Assembly: GCF_009914755.1 (NCBI RefSeq)
Contig: NC_060947.1
DNA: 64,000 nt
Strand: one strand, 5' to 3'
Source: the human T2T-CHM13v2.0 reference genome, Homo sapiens
The first letter of the stretch is position 1. Every line of letters begins with the position of its first letter. A program made the position numbers and the translations under genes. The notes beneath the pieces were generated by a model. The model searched no databases and was not told the DNA's origin. It saw nothing but the letters and a program-made list of their open reading frames with translations. Positions 41,799-62,504 of this stretch are shown in pieces.

Positions 41799-42380
41799 TA
41801 GCTCAGAATTTTTTTTTTTTTTTAAGAGACAGTGTCTCCCTATGTCACCCAGGCTGGAGTGCAGTGGCATGTTCATAGCTCACTGCAACCTTGAACTTCT
41901 GGGCTCAAGCAATCCTCTTGCCTCAGGCTCCAGAGTGGCTGGGACTACAGGCACGTGCCACGTCTCCCAGCTAATTCTTAAAACATTTTTGTAAAGACAG
42001 GTTCTTACTATGATGCCCTGGCTGGTCTCAAACTCCTGGGCTCAAGCAATCCTCTTGCCTTGGCCTCCCAAGATGCTGATTACAAAAGTGAGCCACCATG
42101 CTTCGTCTCACCAAAATTTCAAAAGCACACAGCAGTTTTCTGTCCAAACTAAATACTTGAATTTTTTGAAACAAAGTCTTATCTTCTAGGCTTTTTATTG
42201 TTGTCACTATACAGAAAGCTGTAGATACCTTCTGCAAGCAAAGTGCCTAGGTCTGTTGCCCTGGGTTTCCAAAGACCTCAACTTTATCATGCAACAAACT
42301 TCATCATGATAAACCAAATTTCTCTAGGATTCACAGGCATGCTAAAATGTTTAAGAGCTCAGACTCCAGTGTCAGACTGA

Positions 42381-42695
<315 letters not shown>

Positions 42696-42799
42696 TGAGC
42701 TACCACGCCCGGCCTTGGGCAAGTTATTTATCCTTTCTGTGCCTATTCCTTCATCTGTAAAGTGGAAAATATACAACAATCTCTAGGAATATAATTTGG

Positions 42800-43625
<826 letters not shown>

Positions 43626-43730
43626 AAAAAGTCTTGCCAGGTGCAGTGGCTCACTGCACTCCAGCCTGGGCAACAGAGCGAGACTCTGTCTCAAAAAAAT
43701 AAAAAATAAAAACTGTTTTTAAATAAGCAA

Positions 43731-45617
<1,887 letters not shown>

Positions 45618-45799
45618 TTATTTGACTTTTCTGCTGCTTTCTGATTCAAACCCTTTTGTTTTATAGGAAGCCCAATAACTTGATTTTCTTTACTTTGAGT
45701 ACTATTGTTTTTCCCTTGAGTGTGTACAGGGGCCTTCTGCTCTTGTAATTTCACCATGTATGTGAAAGTAGACCATAAACAGTATTATTTGTGTACTCA

Positions 45800-46500
<701 letters not shown>

Positions 46501-47303
46501 CTAACAAAAGGTAATAACTATAAATTTCACTTTCATTTGTAATTTCACAATTTTTTTACATACTTGGAAATTCAGCACAAATGCATTCGGGTAGGAACAA
46601 TTTCAGTTACCCACTTCTTATTTGTCCTCCTCAAAGGAATGCCCATTCTGATTTTGTGGTTTCCTCTGCTTACCTTTCAAAACAAACTATCTTAACTAAA
46701 GTTATCACACGTCAGAGCTGTGAATTCCATTTGAACTAGCTGACCATGGTCAGGCTGAGTAAACTGAAGCTATTCAAAATATACATGTTCCATCCCAGAT
46801 GGCCTCCCTAAGTCCCTGGGCCTACCTTTCTCTACACAACACAGTTGATCACATTCAATGCCATCGCACATCTTCACTAGTCACCAGGGCACCCACCTAT
46901 CTGACCTATGTTTATAGCTTAAAACATTGTCAATCCAAACCCAGAGCCAAGATCACACCATTGCACTCCAGTCTGGACAACAGAGTGAGACTCCGTCTGA
47001 AATAAATAAATAAATAAATTATATATATACATATATTACATATATAATGTTTATTTGAACATCTATTACATGCTTGACATATTTCCAAGTCCTAGGAATA
47101 TGGAGATAAACAAAAAGACAAGGTCTATGTTCCACTGGACTTCACCTTTCCTGCAGGATTAAGGGGCAAATAAACTGTGCTTTAATTATACCTTATTCTG
47201 GCACTGTTATACTGTTCAAATGACTCTCTTTGTAAAAGTTACCGAAATGGAAAAATGCCGTAGAGGTATGGTGAAGAAAACTGGCATACATTCGTACAAG
47301 TCA

Positions 47304-47796
<493 letters not shown>

Positions 47797-48109
47797 TCAG
47801 GAGGCTGAGGCACGAGAATTGCTTGAACCTGGGAGGTGGAGGTTGCAGTGAGCCAAGATTGTGCCAGTGCCCTCCAACCTGGGCAACAAAGTAAAACCCT
47901 GTCTCAAAAAAAAAAAAAAAGGAAGAAAGAAAATGCTTATGTTACCTGAAAAAGAGAGCAGACTATAAAATTGAATATATTATTGACTATGTTTTTTTAA
48001 ACTAAGATCTAAATTTTATTTGTCACCACTAAGATTTCCATCTTATGGCCGGGTGCAATGGCTCACGCCTGTAATCCCAACACTTTGGGAGGCCAAGGCG
48101 GGCGGATCA

Positions 48110-48358
<249 letters not shown>

Positions 48359-48424
48359 CTATCTTAATTTGGTCAAAGATACACCATGTTATGTCTTAAT
48401 ATATTTAGGTGATTAGGTTGTATG

Positions 48425-48968
48425 TGTTGGGGCTCAGAAAACAAAACCCAAAAATGAAGGCCTCAGAAGCAAAGTTTCTCTCTGACCTTCTCCTGCCCTC
48501 CTGTCTCTCACCCCTCATACTCCCCCAAGGCAAGTCATAGAAACTAGAACCCTTTTCCCCCCAAAGCCAGCCATAAAGCCAAAAAATATGACTCTAACCT
48601 TCCTCTCAACCACCTTTCTATACAACAGCTGGCCATAAAGAAATTAAGACCCTCATTCCAAAGAGGTCCTACCCCATACTGGGGAGGAAGAAACGCTACA
48701 ACAGAGAGGCCAAGAAGAATGTGGACAGGCTTTGCTGGGTTTCCCCACTCAGTCTATTTCCATTAGCTCATCTGTCCCTGCTTCATGGACTCCAAGCATA
48801 AAATCAGATCATTTCCCTTGCATCTTTAAGGGGTTTTCATTTCTGAAGGCTCCCATGTCACATAAACCTATGATTCAATAAATTATTATGCTTCTCTCTT
48901 GTTAATCTGTCTCTTGTTTAAGGCTGTCAGCCGTGACCCTTATGATATCAGCTCTTTCCTCCCCTACA
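48425..48968 (+). mobile_element. MER39-like ERV1 solo LTR
   Basis: TG...CA ends: tgttggggctcagaaaac ... ttcctcccctaca. Flanked by tatg/taag (4-bp TSD, one mismatch). Confidence 0.7.
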
Positions 48969-49082
48969 TAAGCAATTGCTCATTTTCTGTTTTTTCAAAA
49001 ACACAAGATACCTTTTTAAAGCACCTTGGATATTTTAGAGACCTTTTGTAAAAATGCAACTTAATACCAAGGGGACACCTAA

Positions 49083-49331
<249 letters not shown>

Positions 49332-49571
49332 TGATCCGCCCACCTCGGCCTCCCAAAGTGCTGGGATTACAGGCATGAGCCACCATGCCCGGCCCTCTAC
49401 TTCTTTTAAGCACACAAGTAAGTTTAACAAAGTTTCAAAGGTTCAGGGAAAGGCTGGCCCTGTTTTAGATCACTTCCTCCATTGAGGATTGTTTCTGGTG
49501 TCAAGACAAGTTTTTCATTTACTCTTACATGCAGTGAGCAGAACCAAGTGTTTATAGGATAGCACAGTGTA

Positions 49572-49900
49572 GAGCTGTGCTGTCTCCACTACCTAATAAA
49601 AAATATTACACAGCCAGGTACGTAATTTTAAGTTTCTAGTAGCCATATTAAAAAAGTAAAAAGAATCAAATGAAGTTCATGTTAATATATGTTATTTAAC
49701 CCAATGTAGCCAAAAATGTTATCACTTTTAACGCACAATGTAAGAATGTATTAGTGAGATATTTGACATCTTTTTTGTGTACTAAGCTTTCAGAAATCAG
49801 GTGCCTGTACTCAGAGCACATCTCAGTACGGATTTTGCCACATTTCCAGTATTCAATAACCACATGTGACCAGTGGCTCCCACATTAGACCAGGCAGGCC
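49572..49900. mobile_element. MER33/MER3-like hAT-Charlie relic
   Basis: gtaattttaagtttctagtagccatattaaaaaagtaaaaaga ... gccacatttccagtattcaataaccacatgtgaccagtggct. Confidence 0.65.
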
Positions 49901-50279
49901 TAGAGCAAATAAAAGCACCGGAAGCACCCAGAGACACCTTCTCAGTGATGGCCATTTAAAAAGTAATGTTAGACACAAAAGAGTACTTACCTGATGATCT
50001 TGTTCTATGAAGTTCTAGAACAGTCAAAGCTAAGCTATGATAACAATCAGAACCGGGGTTGAGTGCGGGGCCTGGGGTGGATTGACAGAAAGGAGGTACC
50101 AGGGAACTTTGCAGGGTGAAGGAAATGGTCAATGTTCACTTTGGGATAATGGTTACAGGAGTGTATAATTTGTCAAATCCCGTCGATTTGCACACTGAAA
50201 ATGGGACATTTTGTTGTATATAAACCATACATACAATTCTTTTTTATGTTGCCCCCAAAAAAGCTATTCTGTAGCAGCA

Positions 50280-51320
50280 GCGTAGTTCGGCACTATGCGC
50301 CCTAACCATCTAGTACGGGGAAAACGCGGGGGTCGTTGTTTAAGGGGTGCACTGGGACCGGGGAGAGGACAGAAAGGCCATGTTACCGGCGCTGATCACC
50401 AGCCTCGCAGACCCCCGCTCGGGGCTTCACTTCCGCCAACGCCATCTCAGGGCTCTCCTGGCTCCCGAGGGCCGGGAGAAGTGGGGATCCGGGTGCGGGC
50501 GCTGGCGCGGGCGGAGGCGGGAAGAAGCGCGTCCCGGGGACGCGCGGGACAGGCTCCAACCGCACTGGGCACGGGCCAGCGTTCCCCAGTCCCCGCGCCA
50601 CACCCGGCAGCCGAGGTCTGCGAGCGCGGGGCTGGCGGCCGGACCCGACTCAGCGCTGGGCAGGGAGCCGGCGCCATCAGAGAGCGGACAAAGGAGCCCG
50701 GCCCCACAAGTGCACCGGGGCTGGGGGTGCAGGGCGGAGAGGCCCTGGGGACGAGGGATGGCCCGGGCGCCGAGGCCCTGGGGGTCTGGGACAGGCCCAG
50801 AAGGGAAGTTACCTGCGCGGTGGTGGTAGCACCGGGGAGGGTGGCCGGTGGGCACGGCGGGCTCCACCCCGCGGCTGGCCTGGCGCTCACCTGTCGGGCT
50901 GGGGAAGGGGTCGCTGCCGGGGCTGTCCAAAGCCGCCCCCGGGATCTTCCCACCGCCCACACGGGCCTCGGGGTGCGCGGCGCCCTCCTCGCCCACCTTC
51001 CCCTCTCCTCCCTGCTGCTGGCCCAGCTCACTCACGCTGGTGAGCTTGGGGTTTGCACCCGGGTTTGTGCAATGGTCCAAAACAAGCGCCTAAAAAGTGA
51101 TTCCTCCAGCACAGGCAGCTCCCGTCACCCTCCGCTCTGGACGCACTGGGCCCCAGGCCTCGCCCAGCCCGGGGACCGCTCCTCCCTCCCGTGGCTCACT
51201 TTGCAAAGGCACTTCGAGTGCGCGGGTGAACTCCACGCTTCCCGGGGAACCCCGGCTTCCTGGCAAGCCGAGACCCTCGCTCGGGTCCTCCCGTGCAGAT
51301 CTCACCCTTGTAAAGAACTT
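50280..51320 (-). promoter_or_regulatory. CTPS2: CTPS2 CpG-island promoter with candidate non-coding first exons
   Basis: Abrupt GC/CpG-rich block. Minus-strand donors CAG|gtaact (exon end 50813), CAG|gtgagc (50891), AGC|gtgagt (51036). ETS ACTTCCG 50429-50435, YY1-like CGCCATCT 50440-50447. Confidence 0.85.
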
Positions 51321-51552
51321 CACTGGTCACAAACGCTTGTGGATCCCCTACTACGCCCCAGGAACTGCAGGAGCGCTCAGGAGAGAAGGAAAAGGAAAGA
51401 GAATGCCTGCCTTTGAGGAGCTAGCTCACAGTCTGGTGGGAGGTCCACCCGTCTGTTGGAACCAGTAAGGTTCCCTAGAACAATACTTCTGCAGCAAAGA
51501 GTTGCGGGGGTGCAGTGAGGGGAGGAAGGCAATTAAGGCTTCCAAGAGTGAC

Positions 51553-52255
<703 letters not shown>

Positions 52256-53424
52256 CTAACATGGACAACAGAAGGGTCTGAAGTGAGATGGAAGGTTTTA
52301 GGAAAGTGGTGGAAATTTCGCATAACCAGTGTGAGATGCTAGAGCGACAAGTTAGACAAGAGTCACTGAAGACCTAGTGGAGTTTAGAAACCATCATCGT
52401 GTAGTGGTGTCCAGCTATAATCTGCTATAATCTGGCAAGGTATCTACAGAAATATAGCTCTTAGTTATGAAACCCAAGTTTCCTGCTTGCATAGAATAGA
52501 AGGACAAGAGGGTGAGGAGGTGGAGGGCACAGAAAGACTGCGATTGCAGTGATGGGCCAGAGCTCTAGTCCTAGAGGACAGGAACTGTTAATAAAACCAG
52601 CGGGGAGCTGATGGACTGGGAGACAGATGAGAGAAGGGCTCCAAGGCCAGGGCCTCTGAGGAGAGGACTGGCAAACTGGCAGCAGAGAGTGTGGTGCTGG
52701 AGTTCAGGCCTTCAAATGGATATTCCAGGAAATGAGACAGTTTGGGGTGTGGCAGCTACAATGGAATAGAAAAGTGAGATGGGCATCACTGGCCTTGGGT
52801 TTAGTGCCCACAAGGCTGGTATGTTGGACATCGAGGGTCCCAAAAGGATGGCAGGAGGTGGAGGAGTCAATCGAGGTCAAGGAACTTTAGAGAATTGGGG
52901 TTGCGGGGTGGGTAGTGAGCCTGAAACTAATAGATGACTGTGACAAGGAAAGGGAGAAGGTTGCAGAACAAATGTCAGTGCCTTTCAAGACACAATGGAG
53001 GCCTGGCGCCATGGCACACCCCTGTAATCCCAGCACTTTGAGAGGCTGAGGCAGGCAGATAGTTTGAGTCCAGGAGTTGGTGACTTACCTGGACAACATG
53101 GCAAAATCCTGTCTCTACAAAAAATACAAAAATTATCACGTGTGCTGGCATGCATCCCAGGGGAGGCTGAAGCAGGAAGGTCGCCTGAGCCCAGGAGGTC
53201 AAGGCTGCAATGAGCTATGACCGTGCCACTGCACTCCAGCCTGGACGACAGACTGAGACCTTGTCTCAGAAAAAAATCAATTAATTAATTTAAAAAAATA
53301 AACACGACCAGGCATGGTGGCTCACCCCTGTAATCCCAGCACTTTGGGAGGCCGAGGTGGGTGGATCACGAGATCAGGAGATCGAGACCATCCTGGTTAA
53401 CACGGTGAAACCCCGTCTCTGCTA

Positions 53425-53712
<288 letters not shown>

Positions 53713-54363
53713 TCACTCAGCAGGGTAGCCTTGGGGGAGATCCAGGTCTCCATGGGTGTTGGGGGGTCCAGGGGAGGGACAAGGAACCACCTTGTCAAAA
53801 GGCTAGAGGCATAAACAAGTCTTCCAGAGGGCTCAGGGGAAAGAATGTTTGTGAAATGGGTTGGTATGGGTGCTAATACTTAATACCTGCCGCATATGTA
53901 AGGTTTCCTTCCACAGTTCCGTCTTTCATTATCTTTTTAGAACCAGGACAGTTGTTATGATCCCCTTTTTAGAATGAGGGACCTGAGGTTCAGAGATGTG
54001 AAATGTCTTGACCAAGGGTACGTTAGTTAATATGAGTGGCAAAGCCAGGACATCAATGCACAGCCAGACTCCACCACAGGATGTGAGGCCTGATCCAATT
54101 GTCCTATTCTATTCATCCATGAGGCTAATGGATAAAAGATAATCTGTATATACAAAGGGCTCATTATAATAACTATTGTATTATTAATCTCAAATGGGAA
54201 AAATAATGAGCTGGAAAACAAATTTGATAACAGGGTGTGGATTGACTGAATTGTGTGGGATAAGGATGTATCCTCATTCAACAAGTGTCAGTTCATGGCC
54301 CACCACCAGCATAACATTTTGCTGAATCCGCACAAGATGATTTTTTTTTTTTTTTTTTTTTGA

Positions 54364-54468
<105 letters not shown>

Positions 54469-54471
54469 TGA

Positions 54472-54657
<186 letters not shown>

Positions 54658-54684
54658 TAAAATGAAAATGAAGCCCATCATTAA

Positions 54685-54849
<165 letters not shown>

Positions 54850-54903
54850 TGAGACGACAGGTGCAAGCCACTACACCCAGCTCATTTTTTATTTTTTGTA
54901 TAG

Positions 54904-55077
<174 letters not shown>

Positions 55078-55359
55078 TGACCACAGTGTTCACCACGATT
55101 TTGAGTGTACCTTAAGATAAAGCAGAGTAAGGCTGAAAGGGCTGGGCCCTATCTCTGCTGTGGGAAGGACCAGCACTATACTTCTTTTGCAAGTGAGGGA
55201 ACTTGAGGGGCAAAAGGATGAGTAAAACGTCAAGTTTAGGCCGGGTGCGGTGGCTCACTCCTGTAATCCCAGCACTTTGGGAGGCCAAGGTGGGTGGATC
55301 ACCTGAGATCAGGAGTTCGAGACCAGCCTGGCCAACATGGTGAAACCCCGTCTCTACTA

Positions 55360-55518
<159 letters not shown>

Positions 55519-56386
55519 CTAAAAAAAAAAAAAAAGTCAAGTTTATTCACCTACTAGATGGTGGAATTAGAAGCCCATCCTAGGCTTCTCACTCAAATTC
55601 CAGGCTCTGTTCAATCATACTTGAAGCAAATATCCTATTCCCGAAAGTCTCAACCACTTTCAGGTTCTCATTGACTTAATAAAGCCTAGAAAGGCATTGA
55701 TCCTAAGACATCTCCTGACTTCAAAGCTGAATCAATACTTGGACTCTAAAAACAGGCTGGAATGTCATCAATGCCACTGAACTGTACACTAAAAAAAATT
55801 TATTTTTACTTCAATTTAAAATATTAATAGTGTAATATACCAAAAATATATACCATTGAATTGCACACTTTAAACAGGTGAATTGTTTAAATCTCAGCTG
55901 TTTGGGGGAAAGAAAAAAACAGGTTGGGCTTGATAACCTAAAATCCTGGACCTGAATAAAATATAAATATAAGTCAGGCTGGAAAACTGGACAGCAGGGA
56001 AATCAGAGTTGTAATCAATTCCTCATGTATTCCCTCAGGTCACCGGAACTGTCCTCCTCTTCTCAAAATAGTTGGGGAGCAAGGAATCATGGATGTCCTT
56101 CCACAATTAATGACTGAAGACTGTGCTTGGGAAATGTGTCCATGAACTCCCTGCTCTGAAGGGGTAGTTATGCACATCACTAGTTTTTTGTTAGTTTTAC
56201 ATGTTATTGTGGGAAAAGTTAAAAATATAAAAAAGACAAATGTTTAACTACCCAGCTTCAACCCATGGCCAGGCTTGTTTCATCTATATCCCCCCCCATT
56301 CCCCCCACCCCCATCCTGTATTAATTTGAAGCAAATTCCAGACGTGGCATCATTTCTTTTTTTCTTTTTCTTTTTTTTTTTTTTGA

Positions 56387-56581
<195 letters not shown>

Positions 56582-57939
56582 TAGTCTCAAACTCCTAACC
56601 TCAGGTGATCCACCCATCTCGGTCTCCCAAAGCGCTGGGATTACAGGCGTGAGCCACTGCGCCTGGCCCAGATATGGTATCATTTCTTTGGTAAAATCTC
56701 AATATGTGCGGTGGATAAACAGATGGATAAACAAAACGTGGTGTATACATACAAGGGAATACTATTCACTCTTAAAAAGAAATTGACACAGCCTTGAGGA
56801 CATTATACTAAGTGAAAGAAGCCAGTTACAGACAAATACTGAATGATTCCACTTATATTAAGGTATCTAGTCAGATCCATAGAGACAAGAAGTAGAATGG
56901 GGGGAGGAGGGGGATGACAAGGACAGGAATGGGGAGTTGTTTCATAGGTAGTTTCAGTTTTGCAAGATGAAGTTCTATTTTTCTTTTTTCTTTTTTTTTT
57001 TTTTTTGAGAATGAACTCTGCAACCTCTGCCTCCCGAGTTCACGCCATTCTCCTGCCTCAGCCTCCCTAGTAGCTGGGACTACAGGCGCCCGCCACCACG
57101 CCCGGCTAATTTTTTTCTATTTTCAGTAGAGACGGGGTTTCACCGTGTTAGCCAGGATGGTCTCGAACTCCTGACCTTGTGATCCTCCCGCCTCGGCCTT
57201 CCAAAGTGCTGGGATTACAGGCGTGAGCCACCGCACTCGGACTATTTTTCATTCTTTTAATTGCAAGATGAAGAGTTCTGAAGATTGATTGCTCAACAAT
57301 GTAAATGTACTTAACAGTACTGAATTGTACACTTAGAAACGGTTAAGATGGTAAATCATATTAAGATGGTAAATTTTGTGTATTTTACCACAATTAAAAT
57401 TTTGTAATTTCACAATTCCTTAATTTTATCAACTACCCAGTGTCCAAATTTCCAGTTCTTATAATAAGTATCATACTATTTTTTTCAATGTGTTTGCTGA
57501 ATTAGGATCCTAATAAAATGCACAAGGGGCCATGTGTTACATCTCTTAAGTCTTTTTTAATCTATAGGTTCCCCACCACACTCCTCTCTTCCTTGCAATT
57601 TATTTGAAGAAACAAGGTTGTCTGTCCTGTGGCTTCTCATAGTCTAGATTCTGCTGACAGCATCCCATTGTGTTGTTTAACACCTTATTCTGTCCTCTTA
57701 TTCCCTGTTGGGCTTGGCGGCTTTGGGTTAGTTTTGAATTGGGCTCAGGAGGAGGCTAAAGACATCCAATTCTGCGGGAACGCAGCCCTGCGGGACCTGA
57801 AAAGGCGAGACTAAGTCACCAGCCAAGCTGCCTAGAGGCAATCTTAAAATGGGACTGGCTAGGACTGTGACAAAGACACCGTCCACATGCCTACTAGGTC
57901 AGTCACCTACAAAGCTGGCGAATGAGGAAAAGAGGGAAG

Positions 57940-58206
57940 GCAGGGCTACGCTGGGAAAGCTCTTTGTCCCCTATCCACGCGCACAAAACAGTTGTCACAA
58001 CTGACGTCACCAGGGGCGGAGCCTTTGGACGGAAGTGACGCTTGCGCGGCCGCGGCGGAGTCGTCATAGAGGCGGGGCTGCGGCGGCTGCGGTGTTCCTC
58101 CGACTTCCGGACATCTCCCTGGGAGTCGCGCAGAGTGGAGTCAAAGGCAACCAGTGCTCGCTGCGGTCTCTGGGGATCGGGACCGCGGCGGCGGCCCGCG
58201 AGCGGG
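57940..58206 (+). promoter_or_regulatory. SYAP1: SYAP1 TATA-less CpG-island promoter and 5'UTR
   Basis: CRE TGACGTCA 58002-58009, GC box GGGGCGGAGC 58013-58022, ETS/half-CRE CGGAAGTGACG 58030-58040, ETS ACTTCCGG 58103-58110. Confidence 0.88.
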
Positions 58207-58381
58207 ATGTTCCGGGGCTTGAGCAGTTGGTTGGGCTTGCAGCAGCCGGTGGCAGGCGGTGGGCAGCCCAATGGAGATGCTCCACCCGAGCAGCCGTCCG
58301 AGACGGTGGCTGAGTCTGCGGAGGAGGAGCTGCAGCAAGCGGGAGACCAGGAGCTCCTCCACCAGGCCAAAGACTTCGGCA
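58207..58381 (+). CDS. SYAP1: SYAP1 (synapse-associated protein 1 / BSTA) first coding exon, 175 nt
   Basis: [58 protein letters not shown] matches the SYAP1 N-terminus as I recall it; donor GCA|gtgagt at 58382. No further SYAP1 exon was recognised in the window. Confidence 0.93.
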
Positions 58382-59233
58382 GTGAGTCTACCCTGGCTCT
58401 GGGACCGGGAAGGGGGGGGCGCATTCCTCCTCTGGGACGGCCCTGGGGCGCGGGCCCGACTGGCTGGGGGATGAGGGGGCCGAGGTGGGAGGCAGGGGAG
58501 GAAGATGTGTCTGTCGGTCAGTCCTCTCCGGGTCGGGAGAGATTGGTGAGGATCTGGACGAGGCCAGAGCTTCATCTAGCAGTCAGGTCCTGTCCCTGAA
58601 GTTCCTGGTGACAAGTCTACAAAGTTTGCAGACATTGGAATCAGGTATGCAGTCAAGCAGTGTGACCCGACGTCTTCAGGTTTGACAAGGAATCTTTTTT
58701 GTTCAACTCGAAAACCTTCATTTACACCCCCCAGATCGGGGATAGTTGGCGAGCTTGAATTGGTTGAAAAAATAATTTTTTGCCCCTAGGTCAGAACGTG
58801 TTGTCTGAAGTAAACTGACAGTTACTGAATGTCAATGTCTGCCCCGGTCAAATGCTTTTTAGGTACAGAGACCTTTTTCCTTAAGGAGGGAGAGAAAATG
58901 CCAACTGTCTGCTATACGCAAGTTGCAGTACTAGATGTTTTATGAAAGATATCCCATTTCATCTGTTAAACACCCCCAGTGAGTTGGGGGAACAAGCCCA
59001 GAGTTATTGGGCCAAAGTTATACTGATAGTGAGTGGTAGAAGTGGAATTTGAGCTTCGATCTTTCTCATTTTAAAGCCCGTGCTCTTTCCAAGTTTACAG
59101 TCTACAGGGGTTGGGGGACAGGTGATAATAGACGTGGAGTAAACACATGCTGTAGTAATTCTCATTTCTGGAGAGACCATGGTGGGCTTCAGTGATCACA
59201 GAAAGCATCTTTGAGGCCGGATATGGTGGCTCA

Positions 59234-59560
<327 letters not shown>

Positions 59561-60031
59561 CTACAAGTGAGAGAACTGCAACAAAGGTAGATACTAAGTT
59601 CAGCAACATTTGAAGAATCTACTAAAAGATGGGGGTGGGGGGATGGGGGTGGAGACAGGGATGTGGGAGGAGAGCAGCCTGAGAGTAGATAAACACATAT
59701 TTGAGTAAGAAAGGGCCGAACAGTTTTTCTGGAGACAGGGTCTCACTCTGTCGCCCAGGCTGGAGTGCAGTGGCACGATGTTGGCTCACTGCAACCTCCA
59801 CCTCCAGGGTTCAAGTGATCTTCCTACCTTATCCTCTCCAGTAGCTTGGATTACAGGCATGCCCTACCACGCCCAGCTAATTTTTGTATTTTTAGTAGAG
59901 ATGGGGTTTCGCGATGTTGGGCAGGCTGGGCCCTAACGTTTAAAAGTTTACTGTGGGATGAAAGGACAGGGAAAACAGACATAATCTCAAACCATGACAG
60001 TGTATAATCTCAGCCCAAGGCCCCCAGATAG

Positions 60032-60198
<167 letters not shown>

Positions 60199-60695
60199 TA
60201 ATGGAGACAGTGTTTCACCATGTTGGTCAGGCTGGTCTCAAACTCCTGATCTCAAGTGATTCACCCACCTTGGCCTCAAAGTGGTGGGATTACAGGCGTG
60301 AGCCACCGTGCCTGGCCCCTCTGAATATTTTCTAATAACTGCATTTTTCATATGGATGTGTACTTTGGAGCTAATGCTGCCATCTTTCTGCTCACCAGAT
60401 TCTCTTTTGATATTTACGGAAGCTGAGGTTAGATGGAAGTACCCACAAACACACACACATTGTGAATTTAAAGCTTCAGAATAAATGAGAATTCTTTCTT
60501 TTCTGAAATTTATGTGATTTTAGAAAGTCGTAAAGGTTCTAGTTCATATACAAACTGTGAGAGACAAGAGAGATGATCAGATATTTTTTATTTCTACATA
60601 TTGATCCTAAGAAGTATATTGTCTTTAAGAAGACCCATTTATGTTTTGAAAACTGGAATTAAACATCTGTGAGCCTGACTCCCAGAGTAGATTCA

Positions 60696-61091
<396 letters not shown>

Positions 61092-62504
61092 CTAAATACT
61101 TCCTGGTTCCTGGTGACCTATTTATACATTCAGGCAACTCACCAGTTAGTGGTGGACACCCAGGCCTGCATTCCACTCCCTCACTCAAAACCAAACCTCC
61201 TGGTCTCCTGATTCTTGGCCCTCCCTCCTGATAAATTTACAACCTCCGATTGTCACTGTCTCCAAAGGAAGGAACAATTTATAGGAGAACTCACTTAAGA
61301 GCTCCTCCCTACCTCCCTCAAGGCCCCATGCCGTTAAGTTGGTTAGTTGGTTTTTGTTAAAGTCAACCAAATTAAAGCTTTGCCTCTACTCTTTCTGAAA
61401 AAACTAAATAAATAAAAAGAAAATCTGTACTTCTGAGAATGTTAAATATCTGAATCAGTCACACAGTTTACATCAGTGGGAGGATGGCCAAAGATGAGCT
61501 TTGTGATCTTTAGCTTTTTCTAAACCGCCCCTAAAACTATTCCATGCCTAGGAATGGGGAAAGGGCCACCTCCTCCTCCTTTGAAAAGTGCTATTAGTAT
61601 TGCAGTGGACCTGTGTTAGACTGTCCTCCTTTTCTTCTGTAGGGAAAGTATATTTCAAGTTCCAGCTGCCTAACTTGCAAACTAAGAGGACTCCTAAAGT
61701 TAGAGTGTACAGAGGTGACTATGTACCTGCTTTGATGTGGGAGTAAAATATCTAATTGAGTTCTGATAACACACCCAGGTTTACAATGCACAGTCAATAG
61801 CTTGGATCCTAGGGCTTATGAACAATACTTTTTAAAATTGGGGATCTCGATTTGAAGAAGAAACTTAGGGACATTGCAGAAAATCTGAAAGGTCTTTTGC
61901 AGAAAAGAAGTCGTAGATGTTCCTTATGAGGATAGACCTGAGGCTGTGGGGTAGAAATGACTAGAGAAGTGAGAAGAATTTTCTGATTAGAGTTGAGTAA
62001 CAGTAATTACTGGCTGCCCTTCTAAGTCCTGTGCTCCCTACCCCTGGAAGTGGGGCTACCTGGATAGGAAGGTCCATTCCCACACTAAGATGCTGAAATT
62101 CTAAAATTGTATGAAATATAGTATCTTTGAAAAATTAACCAACTACTTTATAAGAATATTAATTTCCTAAGACTTTGCCACTGTATGCTTATTCTCTTCC
62201 TATTCTTGCGGCAGGCCTTAAACTCTACCTTGCTCTGTGTTTACTTTAACAAATTTATGTTTTTTCTGACCTTTGAAGCTCTTCCTACTTTACTTTATTC
62301 TTACCATTCCTTTCAGTTCTTCAAGCCCTTGTCAACTTGCTCAACTGACCTGAGGCAGCGTGGGATTGGAGCATGAGCTTGGGATTTAGAGGCAGATAGC
62401 CTGTGTTTGAGTTCCCTACACTACTTACTGTCTTTATTGTTATATCATTTGCAAATTACAGAAAGTCCAGTGATCAGAGGCTTAATGAAAGAAACTTTAT
62501 TTTT

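Noticed and set aside
50295-51416. 373-aa plus-strand ORF and overlapping 160-217 aa ORFs
   Set aside because: They lie in the CpG island, where stop codons are rare in all frames. The translation is low-complexity G/A/R/P with no recognisable domain.
57903-58599. 185-aa plus ORF extending SYAP1, and antisense 144/173-aa ORFs
   Set aside because: The extension starts at a non-ATG codon in the promoter and reads through the donor at 58382. Only 58207-58381 is supported. The antisense ORFs are GC artefacts.
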